A stretch of DNA of 64,000 bases from an uncultured Eubacteriales bacterium (GCA_964599635.1 CAZRGM010000009.1:14495-78494); one strand, 5' to 3'. Shown: positions 52,875 to 62,832, counted from the stretch's first letter. Notes: generated from the sequence alone by a model not told the origin. Program-made: numbers and translations.

Positions 52875-54104
52875 TCAACTTTTCTCGCTCTTTCTATTCA
52901 CCGTATTTATCAGCTCTTCATATTTATTAAGCACCACATCCCTAGCATAATTTTCTGCAACATAATTCCGGGCGTTCTGACCCATTTTTTCTGTGACTCC
53001 TTTTTCTTTTCTCAGCCTCTGAAACATTTTGACCATTCCCTGGATATCATCCGGCAGAATGTTTAATCCACAGTTCCCCTCTTGAATGATGCGGGCCACT
53101 TCAGATTGATCATCCGTAAATCCAATAATGGGGCGGCCTGCAGCCATATAGTGATAGAGCTTGGAAGGCACAGAAAGCTGAGTCTTTTTGATGTCCAGAG
53201 GAACCAGAAGCAGATCTGAAGCTCCTAAAAGAAGAGGCAGATCCTCATAAGGCTGGAAAGGAAGAAAGATTATATTTTTCAATTTCAACTGTTCTGCTTT
53301 TTCTATAAGAGCCGGCTTTTTTAATCCTTCTCCTGTGATAACCAGACGGAAATCCTCTTCATTTTCCATCAGTTTCGCCGCTTCCATCACTTTTTCCAGG
53401 GTCAAATAACTGCTCAGAGTCAGAGTGCCAGAATACAGGGCTACAAATTTATCCTCAAGAGAAAATTTTTGCGACAATGGATTATTCTTGGGATAGGGAC
53501 GCAAAAATTCAGTATCCACCCAGTTGGGAACAATATGAAGTCTTCCCTCATCCACATGCTTTTTCAAAAGATTCTGTCGAAATCCCTCGCTGATGACCGC
53601 GATTTCATCCGCCTGTTTGTAGATCCATTTTTCAAACTTCTGAGCCAAATCAATGGCCCATTTTTTCTTCAAAAGCCCTGATTCGATGGAAAGGTCAGGG
53701 TGAATATCCTGGACACTCATCAAAACATGGGCTTTCTTCCAGAGGCGGGCCAGCCATCCTACCATCCCCAGCTGAAGAGGAGGAAGCCTTAGAAAAAGCA
53801 TATCCCCTTTTTTGACTCTGCGGAGATTCTGTGCTGCCCAAAAAGCATAAAGAGTCCAGGCAATAAGTCTTCCTATGTGGTGGATCGTAAAATTGGTCCG
53901 GTACCGCCTCACCGTAAAGTTGTCTATTTTTTCTGTTGATAACAGGTTCCCTTTATAAGGCTTGTGATGAGGAGGCCGGGGAATGGTGGTGATGATTTCC
54001 ACCTCATAGCCTCTTGAACTGAGATAACGAGCCAGCTCATCCATTAAAATAGGCGCACTCCCGTATTCAGGAAGATAATACATAGTGTGGATATAAACCG
54101 TCAT
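52875..54104 (-). CDS. Glycosyltransferase family 4 (WcaI/WbuB-like)
   Basis: 409 aa with a GT-B fold pattern and E-x7-E-like region (LLLVPLDIKKTQLSVPSKLYHYMAAGRPIIG). The C-terminal residues VNRKSEKS are encoded by the repeat GGTGAATAGAAAGAGCGAGAAAAG. Confidence 0.75.
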   Translation of the reverse strand: MTVYIHTMYYLPEYGSAPILMDELARYLSSRGYEVEIITTIPRPPHHKPYKGNLLSTEKIDNFTVRRYRTNFTIHHIGRLIAWTLYAFWAAQNLRRVKKGDMLFLRLPPLQLGMVGWLARLWKKAHVLMSVQDIHPDLSIESGLLKKKWAIDLAQKFEKWIYKQADEIAVISEGFRQNLLKKHVDEGRLHIVPNWVDTEFLRPYPKNNPLSQKFSLEDKFVALYSGTLTLSSYLTLEKVMEAAKLMENEEDFRLVITGEGLKKPALIEKAEQLKLKNIIFLPFQPYEDLPLLLGASDLLLVPLDIKKTQLSVPSKLYHYMAAGRPIIGFTDDQSEVARIIQEGNCGLNILPDDIQGMVKMFQRLRKEKGVTEKMGQNARNYVAENYARDVVLNKYEELINTVNRKSEKS

Positions 54105-54168
54105 CCTTTACTCTTCACAATTTACCATTCACCATTTTCTATTGACCATTTTCCATTAATCATTCACC
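54105..54168. repeat. Heptamer array (9 units) spanning the spacer and the 3' end of the next gene
   Basis: The plus strand reads CCTTTAC TCTTCAC AATTTAC CATTCAC CATTTTC TATTGAC CATTTTC CATTAAT CATTCAC. Confidence 0.75.
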
Positions 54169-55349
54169 GCCTTTTTTGCCCACACGTAAATATAAGCAGC
54201 CGCAGGGATAAAAAGCAAAAGATCCACACCAAAAAATGCAGCGGTCGATTCGAAAAAACTCCTAGATGTTAAAAATCCTATAATCAAAACTGATTCAATC
54301 AAAAAAGGTCTATGCTCCCTATCCGCATCTTTAATCCGCCTGAGCACATTATTCTTTAAAATCACATACCAGATGCTGAAAACAGCAGCCAGAAAAAACA
54401 CAAGCCCCACAATACCTCCGTGCATTAGGGCATGCAAATAAGAATTGTGCATGTGCTGAGAATCAAGAAGGATCCGGTCCGCATGAAATCCCCATCCCAG
54501 AAAGGGAGATTTTTTAATCTCAATCACAGCCTGTTCCCAGGTTAACTGACGCCCTGTTAGGTTAACCAACTGCTCCAGGCTTCCATGGGCTCTTTCCTGA
54601 AAGCCCGCTCTCCAGAGAACATAGGCTGCGGCAGGGCCTAAAAACACAAACTGCCATCTCAGTCCCATAATATAGACAAGCAGCAATCCTGCCACAGCCA
54701 ATCCCAAAAAAGCAGTCCGGGATTGTGTCTGCATAATTGTATAGGTAGATAAAATTAGCGGGCCAATCCATAAATACCTCCAAACTCGTTTCTGGGATAA
54801 AAACCTCACACCCGCTATGATCATCAGCACAAGAGCAAACCGCGCCACTCCATTAGCCTTCATAATTCCCAATCCAAAAGGAAGCTCGTAAAACATGAAC
54901 CTCATATTCCCACCAAATCCATAACTATAAATTTCAGGTAAAAGAAAAATAAAAAAAAGTAGGATTGCAAAATAATTCACATAAAGGATTTTCTTTATCC
55001 GCTCTAAAACATCATCCCCTGAAAGAACAAGCCACAATGCCATGACAGGAGCTAAATAAATTCCTCCCCAATAGAGTGCTGTTGTTTTTTCTGGCGAAAA
55101 AAAAGAAACAGCCAGTCCAACCACACAGTAGTAAAAGAAAAATCCCACTGGATTGGAAAAAGAGGGCACTTTAGATCCAGCCAGAAGCATCCACATAAAG
55201 CATATATATAGGGATAAAAGCGGCAGAAAAGCCCGGGCTCCCTGAAAAAAAGCCAGAGGATCTGAAAACATGCTCCCTGTCACATTATAAAGTCCGGTAA
55301 ACAGTCCTCCCCATATCATCAGCCATAAAAAAACAGGAGCAGACAGCAT
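54156..55349 (-). CDS. O-antigen polymerase/ligase-like (Wzy family) membrane protein
   Basis: 397 aa, polytopic, with QSRTAFLGL and HMHNSYLHALMHGGIVG. Confidence 0.7.
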   Translation of the reverse strand: MLSAPVFLWLMIWGGLFTGLYNVTGSMFSDPLAFFQGARAFLPLLSLYICFMWMLLAGSKVPSFSNPVGFFFYYCVVGLAVSFFSPEKTTALYWGGIYLAPVMALWLVLSGDDVLERIKKILYVNYFAILLFFIFLLPEIYSYGFGGNMRFMFYELPFGLGIMKANGVARFALVLMIIAGVRFLSQKRVWRYLWIGPLILSTYTIMQTQSRTAFLGLAVAGLLLVYIMGLRWQFVFLGPAAAYVLWRAGFQERAHGSLEQLVNLTGRQLTWEQAVIEIKKSPFLGWGFHADRILLDSQHMHNSYLHALMHGGIVGLVFFLAAVFSIWYVILKNNVLRRIKDADREHRPFLIESVLIIGFLTSRSFFESTAAFFGVDLLLFIPAAAYIYVWAKKAVND

Positions 55350-55402
55350 GAATCTTTAAAAATGGTGAATGGTTAATGGTAATTTACAATTTTCCATTAA
55401 CC
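55350..55402. repeat. Heptamer repeats in inverted arrangement forming a 9-bp hairpin across a stop codon
   Basis: AAAAATG GTGAATG GTTAATG GTAATTT. GGTTAATGG (55371-55379) pairs with CCATTAACC (55394-55402) around a 14-nt loop, and the stop codon 55384-55386 sits in the loop. Confidence 0.6.
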
Positions 55403-56628
55403 GCCTTATAGATTTCCTCCATCCTCTTACCCAGCTCATCCCACACATAATACTCTTTAGCTCTTTTTCGGGCCGCTTTCCCCATCTTTCTTCTTAAAGG
55501 CTCATCCTTATAAAGTTTTTCTAAAGCCAGAGCCAATTCATTAACCACCATTTCTTTGGCCTTGGGCTCCACCTTAACCCCCCAATCCTTTTTTATGTGG
55601 AATCCGGGTCCCCCTGTATTGAGACAGACCACAGGTTTCCCCTGAGCCATAGCTTCCGCCACCACAGCTCCTCCTCCATCCCGAAGGCTGGGGAAAAGAA
55701 AGACATCACATTTCTGCATCATTTTTAAAAGTTTTTTTCTCTCAACCCAAGGAGTTATTTTGACTCTGCTTTTTAGCCCTAATCTCTTAATTAAATCCTC
55801 AAGGTTCTGTTTTTCCTTGCCGCTTCCTATAATCTCAAAAACCGTATTTTGGTTCTCCTGGGAAAATAATTGAAAAGCTTGAACAGCCAGATCAAAAGCT
55901 TTGAGTCTGTGCAGACGTCCTGCTGAAAAAACCTTGAATTCTTTTGGTTTCTCTTTTTTCCTGGGAACAGGCCCTATTTCTTTTTGGCTTATGCCGTTTA
56001 CTGGGAAATAATGTACCTTGTGATGATATTTTTGAGGTATTTTATGTTTGGTTTCTTCATTACAGACTAAAATCGCTTTGGCTTTTTTGACCAGCCGTTT
56101 CCTCGTCCAGAGCCTCCTCCCTATCCACTGGGCTGCTACTCTTCCTTTTTCAGCAAACCGACCATAAAAACTAAATTCCTTGAGTAGTTCTTTAGGGACA
56201 GTCTGCCCTCCTCCCACAGGCCCCCAAATAAAAGGCACCGGAAGATAGGCTCCGATAAAACTGGGAATCCAGTCATTGCCAAAGGTCACCTGATGGGCGA
56301 GATCAAACTGCACTTTTCTATGAAGATGTCTTGCTTTTCTCCATGCCGCCATCTGCCAGATGTAATAATAAATCCGTTCCCCAAATCCCACTTTATATAA
56401 AATTTTCTTAAACCACGTGAGATTTATAAAAATGACCCTGGCTCCCTCAAGCTCTCCTTTGGCCATTTCCTCCATAATGGCTTCCCGGTTGTATCCATGG
56501 GTGAGAATCCAGAGGTCATGGCGCTGGTTTATCTGATTCACCAGCTCCCATCCCACCAAATCCTCTCCGGGATGAAGCTGCATAGAGCCGCTGGGATTAA
56601 AGGCATAAGCTGAGATAAGAACTTTCAT
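55384..56628 (-). CDS. Glycosyltransferase family 4/1 (GT-B)
   Basis: The start is likely MKVLISAYAFNP at 56628; the tracked start 56676 overlaps the upstream gene. C-terminal motif FLFPSLRDGGGAVVAEAMAQGKPVV. Confidence 0.75.
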   Translation of the reverse strand: MKVLISAYAFNPSGSMQLHPGEDLVGWELVNQINQRHDLWILTHGYNREAIMEEMAKGELEGARVIFINLTWFKKILYKVGFGERIYYYIWQMAAWRKARHLHRKVQFDLAHQVTFGNDWIPSFIGAYLPVPFIWGPVGGGQTVPKELLKEFSFYGRFAEKGRVAAQWIGRRLWTRKRLVKKAKAILVCNEETKHKIPQKYHHKVHYFPVNGISQKEIGPVPRKKEKPKEFKVFSAGRLHRLKAFDLAVQAFQLFSQENQNTVFEIIGSGKEKQNLEDLIKRLGLKSRVKITPWVERKKLLKMMQKCDVFLFPSLRDGGGAVVAEAMAQGKPVVCLNTGGPGFHIKKDWGVKVEPKAKEMVVNELALALEKLYKDEPLRRKMGKAARKRAKEYYVWDELGKRMEEIYKAVNGKL

Positions 56629-56629
56629 T

Positions 56630-57562
56630 TTATTTATTTTGAAATAAAGCTTTAAAAAACCCAACTGAATTTCCAAATGCTCTTGAAAGAAAATAAAATT
56701 TCCTTTCCTTTATAAAAATCCATAAACTCATAATCTGTCTGATTTTAAGGCCTATGAAACATTTAAATATTGAAAGTTCTCCATGTTTTCTAACGAAATG
56801 AAACCTATTCACGACTTCTCTTACTCCAAACTCATATCCGCTTCCTCTGCCACTGGGTGCCGGATAATGATAATATCCCGCATCAGCAACCACGGCCAGC
56901 TTATATTTCTTCCCTACAGCATAACTGAAATCCAAATCCTCCAGATAACTATACCCTTTGTACCATTCATCAAAAAGAAAATTATTAAACACTTTCTTTC
57001 TCCATATAACTGCCGTTGAAGGAAGCCAATCAACAAAAGTATTTTTTTTTACTCTTCCTATTAATGACTGAAATCCAGAAGGAAGCACTTTCCCTCCAGT
57101 TTTTGAATAGAGTCCTAGCTTCTTTGTAATATCCAAAGACTTAAATTTTTCAGCATAAAGATTAGTATGATTCATAAGATTAAATGCAGCTCCGCCAACA
57201 TCCTTATCTATTTTTCTCCAAAACTCCATTATATTCTCTACAGATTTCTCTTCAAGGATGATATCATCATCAAGTATTCCAATAAAATCACAATTTTTAT
57301 CCAATGATTTGATCCCCATATTTCTTTGTCGTGTGGCAGAAGGAGGATAGACTCTAATATATTTTATATTAAGGTTTTTGCATTCATCTCCAATTTTTGT
57401 AGGAAGTTTATCCCCGCCATCCACAACCACAACTTTATCAGGCTTTCTGGTCTGCTGGACCAAACTTTTCAGCATATTTCTCAATTTTATAGGTCTATCT
57501 TTAGTCGCAATGACAAAGCAAAGTCTATTGAATCTCTTTTTCATTTCTTTCAAAAAATTCAC
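56630..57562 (-). CDS. Glycosyltransferase family 2
   Basis: 310 aa with FVIATKDRP, VVVVDGG and ILDDDII (DxD). Confidence 0.75.
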   Translation of the reverse strand: MNFLKEMKKRFNRLCFVIATKDRPIKLRNMLKSLVQQTRKPDKVVVVDGGDKLPTKIGDECKNLNIKYIRVYPPSATRQRNMGIKSLDKNCDFIGILDDDIILEEKSVENIMEFWRKIDKDVGGAAFNLMNHTNLYAEKFKSLDITKKLGLYSKTGGKVLPSGFQSLIGRVKKNTFVDWLPSTAVIWRKKVFNNFLFDEWYKGYSYLEDLDFSYAVGKKYKLAVVADAGYYHYPAPSGRGSGYEFGVREVVNRFHFVRKHGELSIFKCFIGLKIRQIMSLWIFIKERKFYFLSRAFGNSVGFFKALFQNK

Positions 57563-58700
57563 TCACCAAGCTTTTAACTTCCAACATAAAGGCATAGGTA
57601 GAAAACTTTTTTGACTGATTCTGTAAATGCTTCAATAATTCTTTCTGCTTTTTATTTTTCTTTAATATTTTCTCTATTTTGGCAACAGCGTCTTTTTCTG
57701 ACTTATAGATAAGGTCAGGATGATCAACGATTTCAACCTGTCCTCCTCCTTCTGGAACCCAGACTATACATCCTGCCTTAATCATCTCGGCTACTGCTAT
57801 TCCAAACGGTTCATTTTTTCTTCCCGAAATTCCGTATTTGTGTTCTGAAAGAAACATTTTTTTGTCCTTTCCATATTTGGGCCCTTCAAGAGAACACCAA
57901 CTGCTGTTTTCTCTTGCTATACTAAGAAGTTTTTTATAATAAGAAGTATTACTAACCCCTCCTATGATATGAAAGTGGATATCATGTCCTTTTTCTCTGA
58001 CCTTTTTTAAAATATTTATAATTTGATCAAACTTCTTTTCAGGCACCAGCCGTCCAATAGCAACAAATCCGTTTCCCTTTTTCCCCCACTGAATATCTGG
58101 AAATTTTTCTTCAACAGGAGGATAAATTACCCCAGCATTAATTCCATAGTTCCTCTTCAATAACTCAGAGCTCCATTTGGAATTGGCAACAGTAATATTT
58201 TTCATCCAGCCTTCACTTGATTCCCCTGAAATCCATTTGCTAAAATTTATGTATAATCTTCTTAATAATGTTTTTTGATATAGAATTTTGTATGATTTTC
58301 CTGATTCAAAATCATACTTTCTTCTTAAATCATCATCAAATGAGAAATCTGCAATAAACTGAATCCCTCTTTTACCAAAATCCATGACATTACATGTCGA
58401 TATCATCAAATCAAATCGGTCAGAATTTTTCTTGCAGTACCTGGACAATCGATAACTTCGAAGCGCATCAAACCTTCTTTTGAGCAACTTGGGTATAGGA
58501 ATTTCTATAATACTGATTTCATCATACTTTAAATTAGTATCATAATATTGATTCAATGCCTCTAGATCTATATTCCCCATACTTACAAGAGTGACCTGAT
58601 AATCTTTCTTAAGTGCTTCAGCAATCCAGAGAGCCCTTGCTTCTGAGCCTCCTCCAGGTTTAAGGCGAGGATGGATGATTGCGATCTCTCTTTCGTTCAT
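57525..58700 (-). CDS. Glycosyltransferase family 4
   Basis: 391 aa with IAIIHPRLKPGGGSEA, GRLVPEKK and NEPFGIAVAEMIKAGCIV. Confidence 0.75.
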   Translation of the reverse strand: MNEREIAIIHPRLKPGGGSEARALWIAEALKKDYQVTLVSMGNIDLEALNQYYDTNLKYDEISIIEIPIPKLLKRRFDALRSYRLSRYCKKNSDRFDLMISTCNVMDFGKRGIQFIADFSFDDDLRRKYDFESGKSYKILYQKTLLRRLYINFSKWISGESSEGWMKNITVANSKWSSELLKRNYGINAGVIYPPVEEKFPDIQWGKKGNGFVAIGRLVPEKKFDQIINILKKVREKGHDIHFHIIGGVSNTSYYKKLLSIARENSSWCSLEGPKYGKDKKMFLSEHKYGISGRKNEPFGIAVAEMIKAGCIVWVPEGGGQVEIVDHPDLIYKSEKDAVAKIEKILKKNKKQKELLKHLQNQSKKFSTYAFMLEVKSLVSEFFERNEKEIQ

Positions 58701-58734
58701 AGTAAATTTTTACTTTGAATATTATAAGAGACCT

Positions 58735-59547
58735 CTACTTATAACATATAGCGTGTATCTCGTTGCCTCTTTTTTTTGTTTCTATTTTTGTAAAACCTAA
58801 CTTATTTATATAATTCAAAACATCTTGAGGAGTAATGTTTTTAGGATATAAATGATTATGTATCTCGCAGCATATTATCCTGCAATTTTTATTTAAAAGG
58901 GTTTGTTCTAAACCTTTTAAAACAGGAAATTCAAATCCCTCAACATCTATCTTGACTGCATTGGGTAAAGGCAAGTTTTTTTTACTGACTAAACAATCTC
59001 CTTTATTAACTTGCACGGTTTTATAGGACCATCTATCAGTGCCTTTAACCAATGAATATTTTCCAATTCCACCCTTTTTGTTTTTATATAAATACATTTG
59101 TTCATTCTTATCTCCAAGAGCTTCCGTAAATACTCTGACATTTTTCAATTCATTAATTTCTATATTCCTTCTCAGTATGAATGAATTTTTTTCTTCCGGT
59201 TCAAAAGCTACAACGACTCCCTTCTTTCCCACTCTTTTTGCTAAAAAGATTGTATGTATCCCAATATTAGCACCTATATCATATACAACATCCCCTGATT
59301 TTAGAAATCTGAAAAGAATATCTAAAAAATCAGATTCATTTCTGACTCCATTTTTTAATGCATTCTCAATTATAATTATACTTTCATAATTATTTACATA
59401 AAAAAAACTTCTCATTCCTTTAAAATTCAACTCCATCTTTTTATTTTTTACAGCATAAAATAAATAATATATTTTTTTCAGTATTGCCCCTAAGTTAAAA
59501 AATCTTATAATTCTTAAGATTAATTCATTTTGGGTTATTTCTCTCAA
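58735..59547 (-). CDS. FkbM-family methyltransferase
   Basis: 270 aa with VYDIGANIGIHTIFLAK and IKIDVEGFEFPVLKG. Confidence 0.75.
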   Translation of the reverse strand: MREITQNELILRIIRFFNLGAILKKIYYLFYAVKNKKMELNFKGMRSFFYVNNYESIIIIENALKNGVRNESDFLDILFRFLKSGDVVYDIGANIGIHTIFLAKRVGKKGVVVAFEPEEKNSFILRRNIEINELKNVRVFTEALGDKNEQMYLYKNKKGGIGKYSLVKGTDRWSYKTVQVNKGDCLVSKKNLPLPNAVKIDVEGFEFPVLKGLEQTLLNKNCRIICCEIHNHLYPKNITPQDVLNYINKLGFTKIETKKRGNEIHAICYK

Positions 59548-59553
59548 CTTATA

Positions 59554-61011
59554 TTACCCTTCGCCTTTTAGATATATGACATTTTCCTTAATTAAAAAAT
59601 ATATACTATAATTAAATATCTTATCAGAAATAAAAGCCAATAATAGGTAAATAATTGAGACGCTTATAACTATTGTTATGAATTCCCAAAATTCAATCAC
59701 TAAAAAAGATTTTATTCCATAAATTAATAAAACAAATATCATTGTGTTGATTAAAGGAATAACAAGCTCTTTCATAAATACTTTTAATGAAACCAACGTT
59801 ATCTTAATAGCGTAAAAATAGAAAAATATCCCCGAAATCAAAACACTTAAAATTACCGCTACAGAAGCTCCTACTAATCCTAATCTTATAATGAAAGGAT
59901 AAATACAAATGGCTAGAACTATAAATCTTATAACTTGACATCTTGTGTCAATTTTCGGTTTTCCCATACTGTAAAATAAAGGTCCTGTTGTAGAGATAAT
60001 AGCCCTAATAAGGCCTGCTAGCACCAAAGCCTGCATAGCAGGAGCCATAGGCATCCATTTTTCGCCTAAAAATATTCGGACAAACTCAGGAGAAAGAGCA
60101 AAAATCACGCCAGTAAGAGGAAAAACAAGAAAAGAGGTAAATTTAACTACCTTTAAATAAGCTTCTTTCAATTTGTGCAAATCATCTTGAAGTTTAGAAA
60201 AAGCAGGAAGAGTAATTTGAGATAATAGTTTTGTTATCTCTGTGGCTGGAGTGTTGGATATCTTATAAGCCATCTGATAAAAACCAAGCATGGTTGCTCC
60301 CAATAATTTTCCAACCAACAAATCATCCCCCTGGGTGATAAGAAAAACCAGCACCGTGGAACCTAAAATCCACTTCCCAAACCCGAAAAGTTCTCGGGCT
60401 TTATGAAAGTTCCCGCTGATTTTTGGCCTATATGGATGGATGATATAGCTTGCTATAAGCTGAGCAATCTTCCCTGCAACAAATCCGAATAAGAGTGCCC
60501 AAACACTCCCCAATAAAATAGCGGCTGTCACAGCCACAGCAAAATCCGTCACCGTTCCTGTTGTGATGTAAATAAACTGTTTGTGAAATTCAAGTTCTTT
60601 TTTGAAATACACCACTCCAACATTAGTAAATGCCTGGATCAGAATGACTAGTCCAATAGCTTGGACCACCCCTTTAGCCTGAGGAGTTTCAAAAAAATTA
60701 GCCACTAATGGAGCTATTAAAACAATGATAGAGAAAAGAATGATTCCTCTAATGAGAAGAAAAGTCCAAGCTACATCAAGATAACCTTCTATGTTTTCCT
60801 TTTTCTGGATCAGGGCTTCTTGAAAGCCGGTCTGAGAAAAAGTTTCCAGAGTCATCATAGTGAGAAGAGCGATACCCATAAGACCAAAATCTTTAGGATC
60901 TAATAATCGTGCTAGAATGATCAGCCTGCCCAGGTAAAACACCTGATGCACAAATCGCATCCCAAAAACCCATGCTCCGCTTCGGGCCACCTGGCTCCGT
61001 AGATTACTCAT
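59554..61011 (-). CDS. Wzx-type oligosaccharide flippase (polysaccharide biosynthesis protein, MOP superfamily)
   Basis: 485 aa with about 12-14 TM helices and the typical N-terminal ARSGAWVFGMRFVHQVFYLGRLIILARLLDPKDFGL. Confidence 0.75.
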   Translation of the reverse strand: MSNLRSQVARSGAWVFGMRFVHQVFYLGRLIILARLLDPKDFGLMGIALLTMMTLETFSQTGFQEALIQKKENIEGYLDVAWTFLLIRGIILFSIIVLIAPLVANFFETPQAKGVVQAIGLVILIQAFTNVGVVYFKKELEFHKQFIYITTGTVTDFAVAVTAAILLGSVWALLFGFVAGKIAQLIASYIIHPYRPKISGNFHKARELFGFGKWILGSTVLVFLITQGDDLLVGKLLGATMLGFYQMAYKISNTPATEITKLLSQITLPAFSKLQDDLHKLKEAYLKVVKFTSFLVFPLTGVIFALSPEFVRIFLGEKWMPMAPAMQALVLAGLIRAIISTTGPLFYSMGKPKIDTRCQVIRFIVLAICIYPFIIRLGLVGASVAVILSVLISGIFFYFYAIKITLVSLKVFMKELVIPLINTMIFVLLIYGIKSFLVIEFWEFITIVISVSIIYLLLAFISDKIFNYSIYFLIKENVIYLKGEG

Positions 61012-62147
61012 TAATTTATATGCATCCGTGAGAGAATTATTCTGGCATGGGATAATATTTCATTCCATCTCCCCGTAAGAATCAATTTTAATGCGAGCTG
61101 GATTTTTTTCTTCAATCTAAAAACAACTTGATGACCTCTTTTGACCAAAATAAATCCAAATCCTCCTTTTTGTTCAATTTTGAAAGCTCCATAACGATTA
61201 ATTTTATATTTAGGAGGAATTTCTCTCCACCTTGGAAATGTAAACAAAGAGCTGGATTTCTCACTTATGTAATGATACAGAATATATTCCTTACTATTAC
61301 AAAACACTCTTCCATGATCATAAATAACTTCTCTACTACGCGGTATCATTTCTAAGGCAATGGTCTTAAAAAGAGGCTTCAATGAGTGGGTTTTTTCTCC
61401 GATTTTAACTAATTCAGTAAAACTCACAATGGGTATATTGATATCAAATATTGACTTTCCTTTCCGGAGTTCTTCCCATGCTTTCCCGCATTCACAAAAA
61501 GAGTAAAAATTTTGAGAATCCTCAAATACTTTAATATAATCAGGGCTCTGCTTATAAAGAGCATTCATTTTTGGTTTGTTTTTCATAAGGAATAAAGATC
61601 CTGTTGTATATTCTTTACGGACAAATAGAGCATCATATTTTTGAAGAACATCATTTGTAAAAAACTTTCTTATTTGCCCATAAACTAGATCAATATCACT
61701 ATTTCCCCAAAAATCAAACCCACTTATATATCCGTTAAAAATTTCTCCATACGAAGGCCTTAAATCGCAAATCTTATAAGGACTATCTATTTTTATATTC
61801 AGTTTTAGACGTTCAGAAGCAAGTTGATTGAAATCCTTAAGAGTTAAATGATAATATCTGCAATTTGGCAGAATATACATTTTTTTTGTAATCCCACAAT
61901 CACTAAAAAACAAGAATTCAATGTCAGGATTATTCGCACAGCTGTTTAAAAATAAGTCAAAATAGATAGGCCATCCTCCAAAATAAACAACAATAATACA
62001 TATAGATTGACCTGGAGAATCAACTTTAGAAAATGGTTCTAATGAATTCATATCACAAGGCAAAAGTATGATCTTTATTGTATTATAATTATGTTTTTTT
62101 AAATGAAAACTATTTTTTCTCTGCCAGCACAATGGTAAAAAGGCCAT
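61011..62147 (-). CDS. Hypothetical protein, possibly a glycosyltransferase-like DUF
   Basis: It contains YKICDLRPSYGEIF...FDFWGNSDIDLVYG, a pattern I associate with uncharacterised capsule-locus proteins. The start is probably MNSLEPF at 62051, because the tracked start overlaps the upstream gene by 38 nt. Confidence 0.45.
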   Translation of the reverse strand: MAFLPLCWQRKNSFHLKKHNYNTIKIILLPCDMNSLEPFSKVDSPGQSICIIVVYFGGWPIYFDLFLNSCANNPDIEFLFFSDCGITKKMYILPNCRYYHLTLKDFNQLASERLKLNIKIDSPYKICDLRPSYGEIFNGYISGFDFWGNSDIDLVYGQIRKFFTNDVLQKYDALFVRKEYTTGSLFLMKNKPKMNALYKQSPDYIKVFEDSQNFYSFCECGKAWEELRKGKSIFDINIPIVSFTELVKIGEKTHSLKPLFKTIALEMIPRSREVIYDHGRVFCNSKEYILYHYISEKSSSLFTFPRWREIPPKYKINRYGAFKIEQKGGFGFILVKRGHQVVFRLKKKIQLALKLILTGRWNEILSHARIILSRMHIN

Positions 62148-62832
62148 AATAAGGAAATATTTTGGCTAGAAATTTTCCAATAAGAGGAATCCCCCATGTT
62201 CCCCCATGGTTGCTGATAACTTTAAATCCATATATTCCCAGCAGGTCGTTCATCGCCCTAGTGGCGAAAAGCCTTAAATGACCATGGCCTTGGGTTCCAT
62301 ATTCTGCAGCTCTCCCCCATCTATGGGTTGAAAAAACATTTCCTAAACCATAATATTTATCCGACACCATATTCATGGGAGGATTTATGGTGAACAGCAT
62401 CATCAATATATAAACCAATGCGGCTTGATTGGGCACGGATACCAGGAAATAGCCTCCCGGTTTTAAAACACGATAAGATTCTTCCATCACATGGTCTGTA
62501 TTAGGGATATGTTCCAGACACTGTGAACTGACTACAACATCTATGGAGTTGCTCTCAAGGTTCCATCTTTCTTTTCCTAGATCCTGCTCCAGACAAGTGT
62601 ATCCAAGACTGCGGCAGTATGAAGAAACTTCTTTAAATTCAATAACAAACTTATCTCTGACTTTCACCTGCTTTAAGCTTTCCAAAAGAGGAGCCTTTCC
62701 TGGTCCTAATTCCAGAAATTTTCCCTTCATTGGTCGAAGATAATCCCGCATAACAGATCTATTTATATTGGCAGCCTCTCGGAATGGAGCTGCAAGGATA
62801 TTTTTTAACTTATCAAACATCTTGTCACCCAA
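62110..62832 (-). CDS. Class I SAM-dependent methyltransferase
   Basis: 240 aa with FLELGPGKAP (motif I) and VLKPGGYFLVSVPN. Confidence 0.7.
   Translation of the reverse strand: MGDKMFDKLKNILAAPFREAANINRSVMRDYLRPMKGKFLELGPGKAPLLESLKQVKVRDKFVIEFKEVSSYCRSLGYTCLEQDLGKERWNLESNSIDVVVSSQCLEHIPNTDHVMEESYRVLKPGGYFLVSVPNQAALVYILMMLFTINPPMNMVSDKYYGLGNVFSTHRWGRAAEYGTQGHGHLRLFATRAMNDLLGIYGFKVISNHGGTWGIPLIGKFLAKIFPYYGLFTIVLAEKK

Noticed and set aside
37040-55402. Possible CRISPR arrays, considered because of the many short regularly spaced repeats
   Set aside because: The units are 7-9 nt, directly abutting and degenerate, with no unique spacers of 25-40 nt. No cas genes are present. They are simple tandem or low-complexity repeats.
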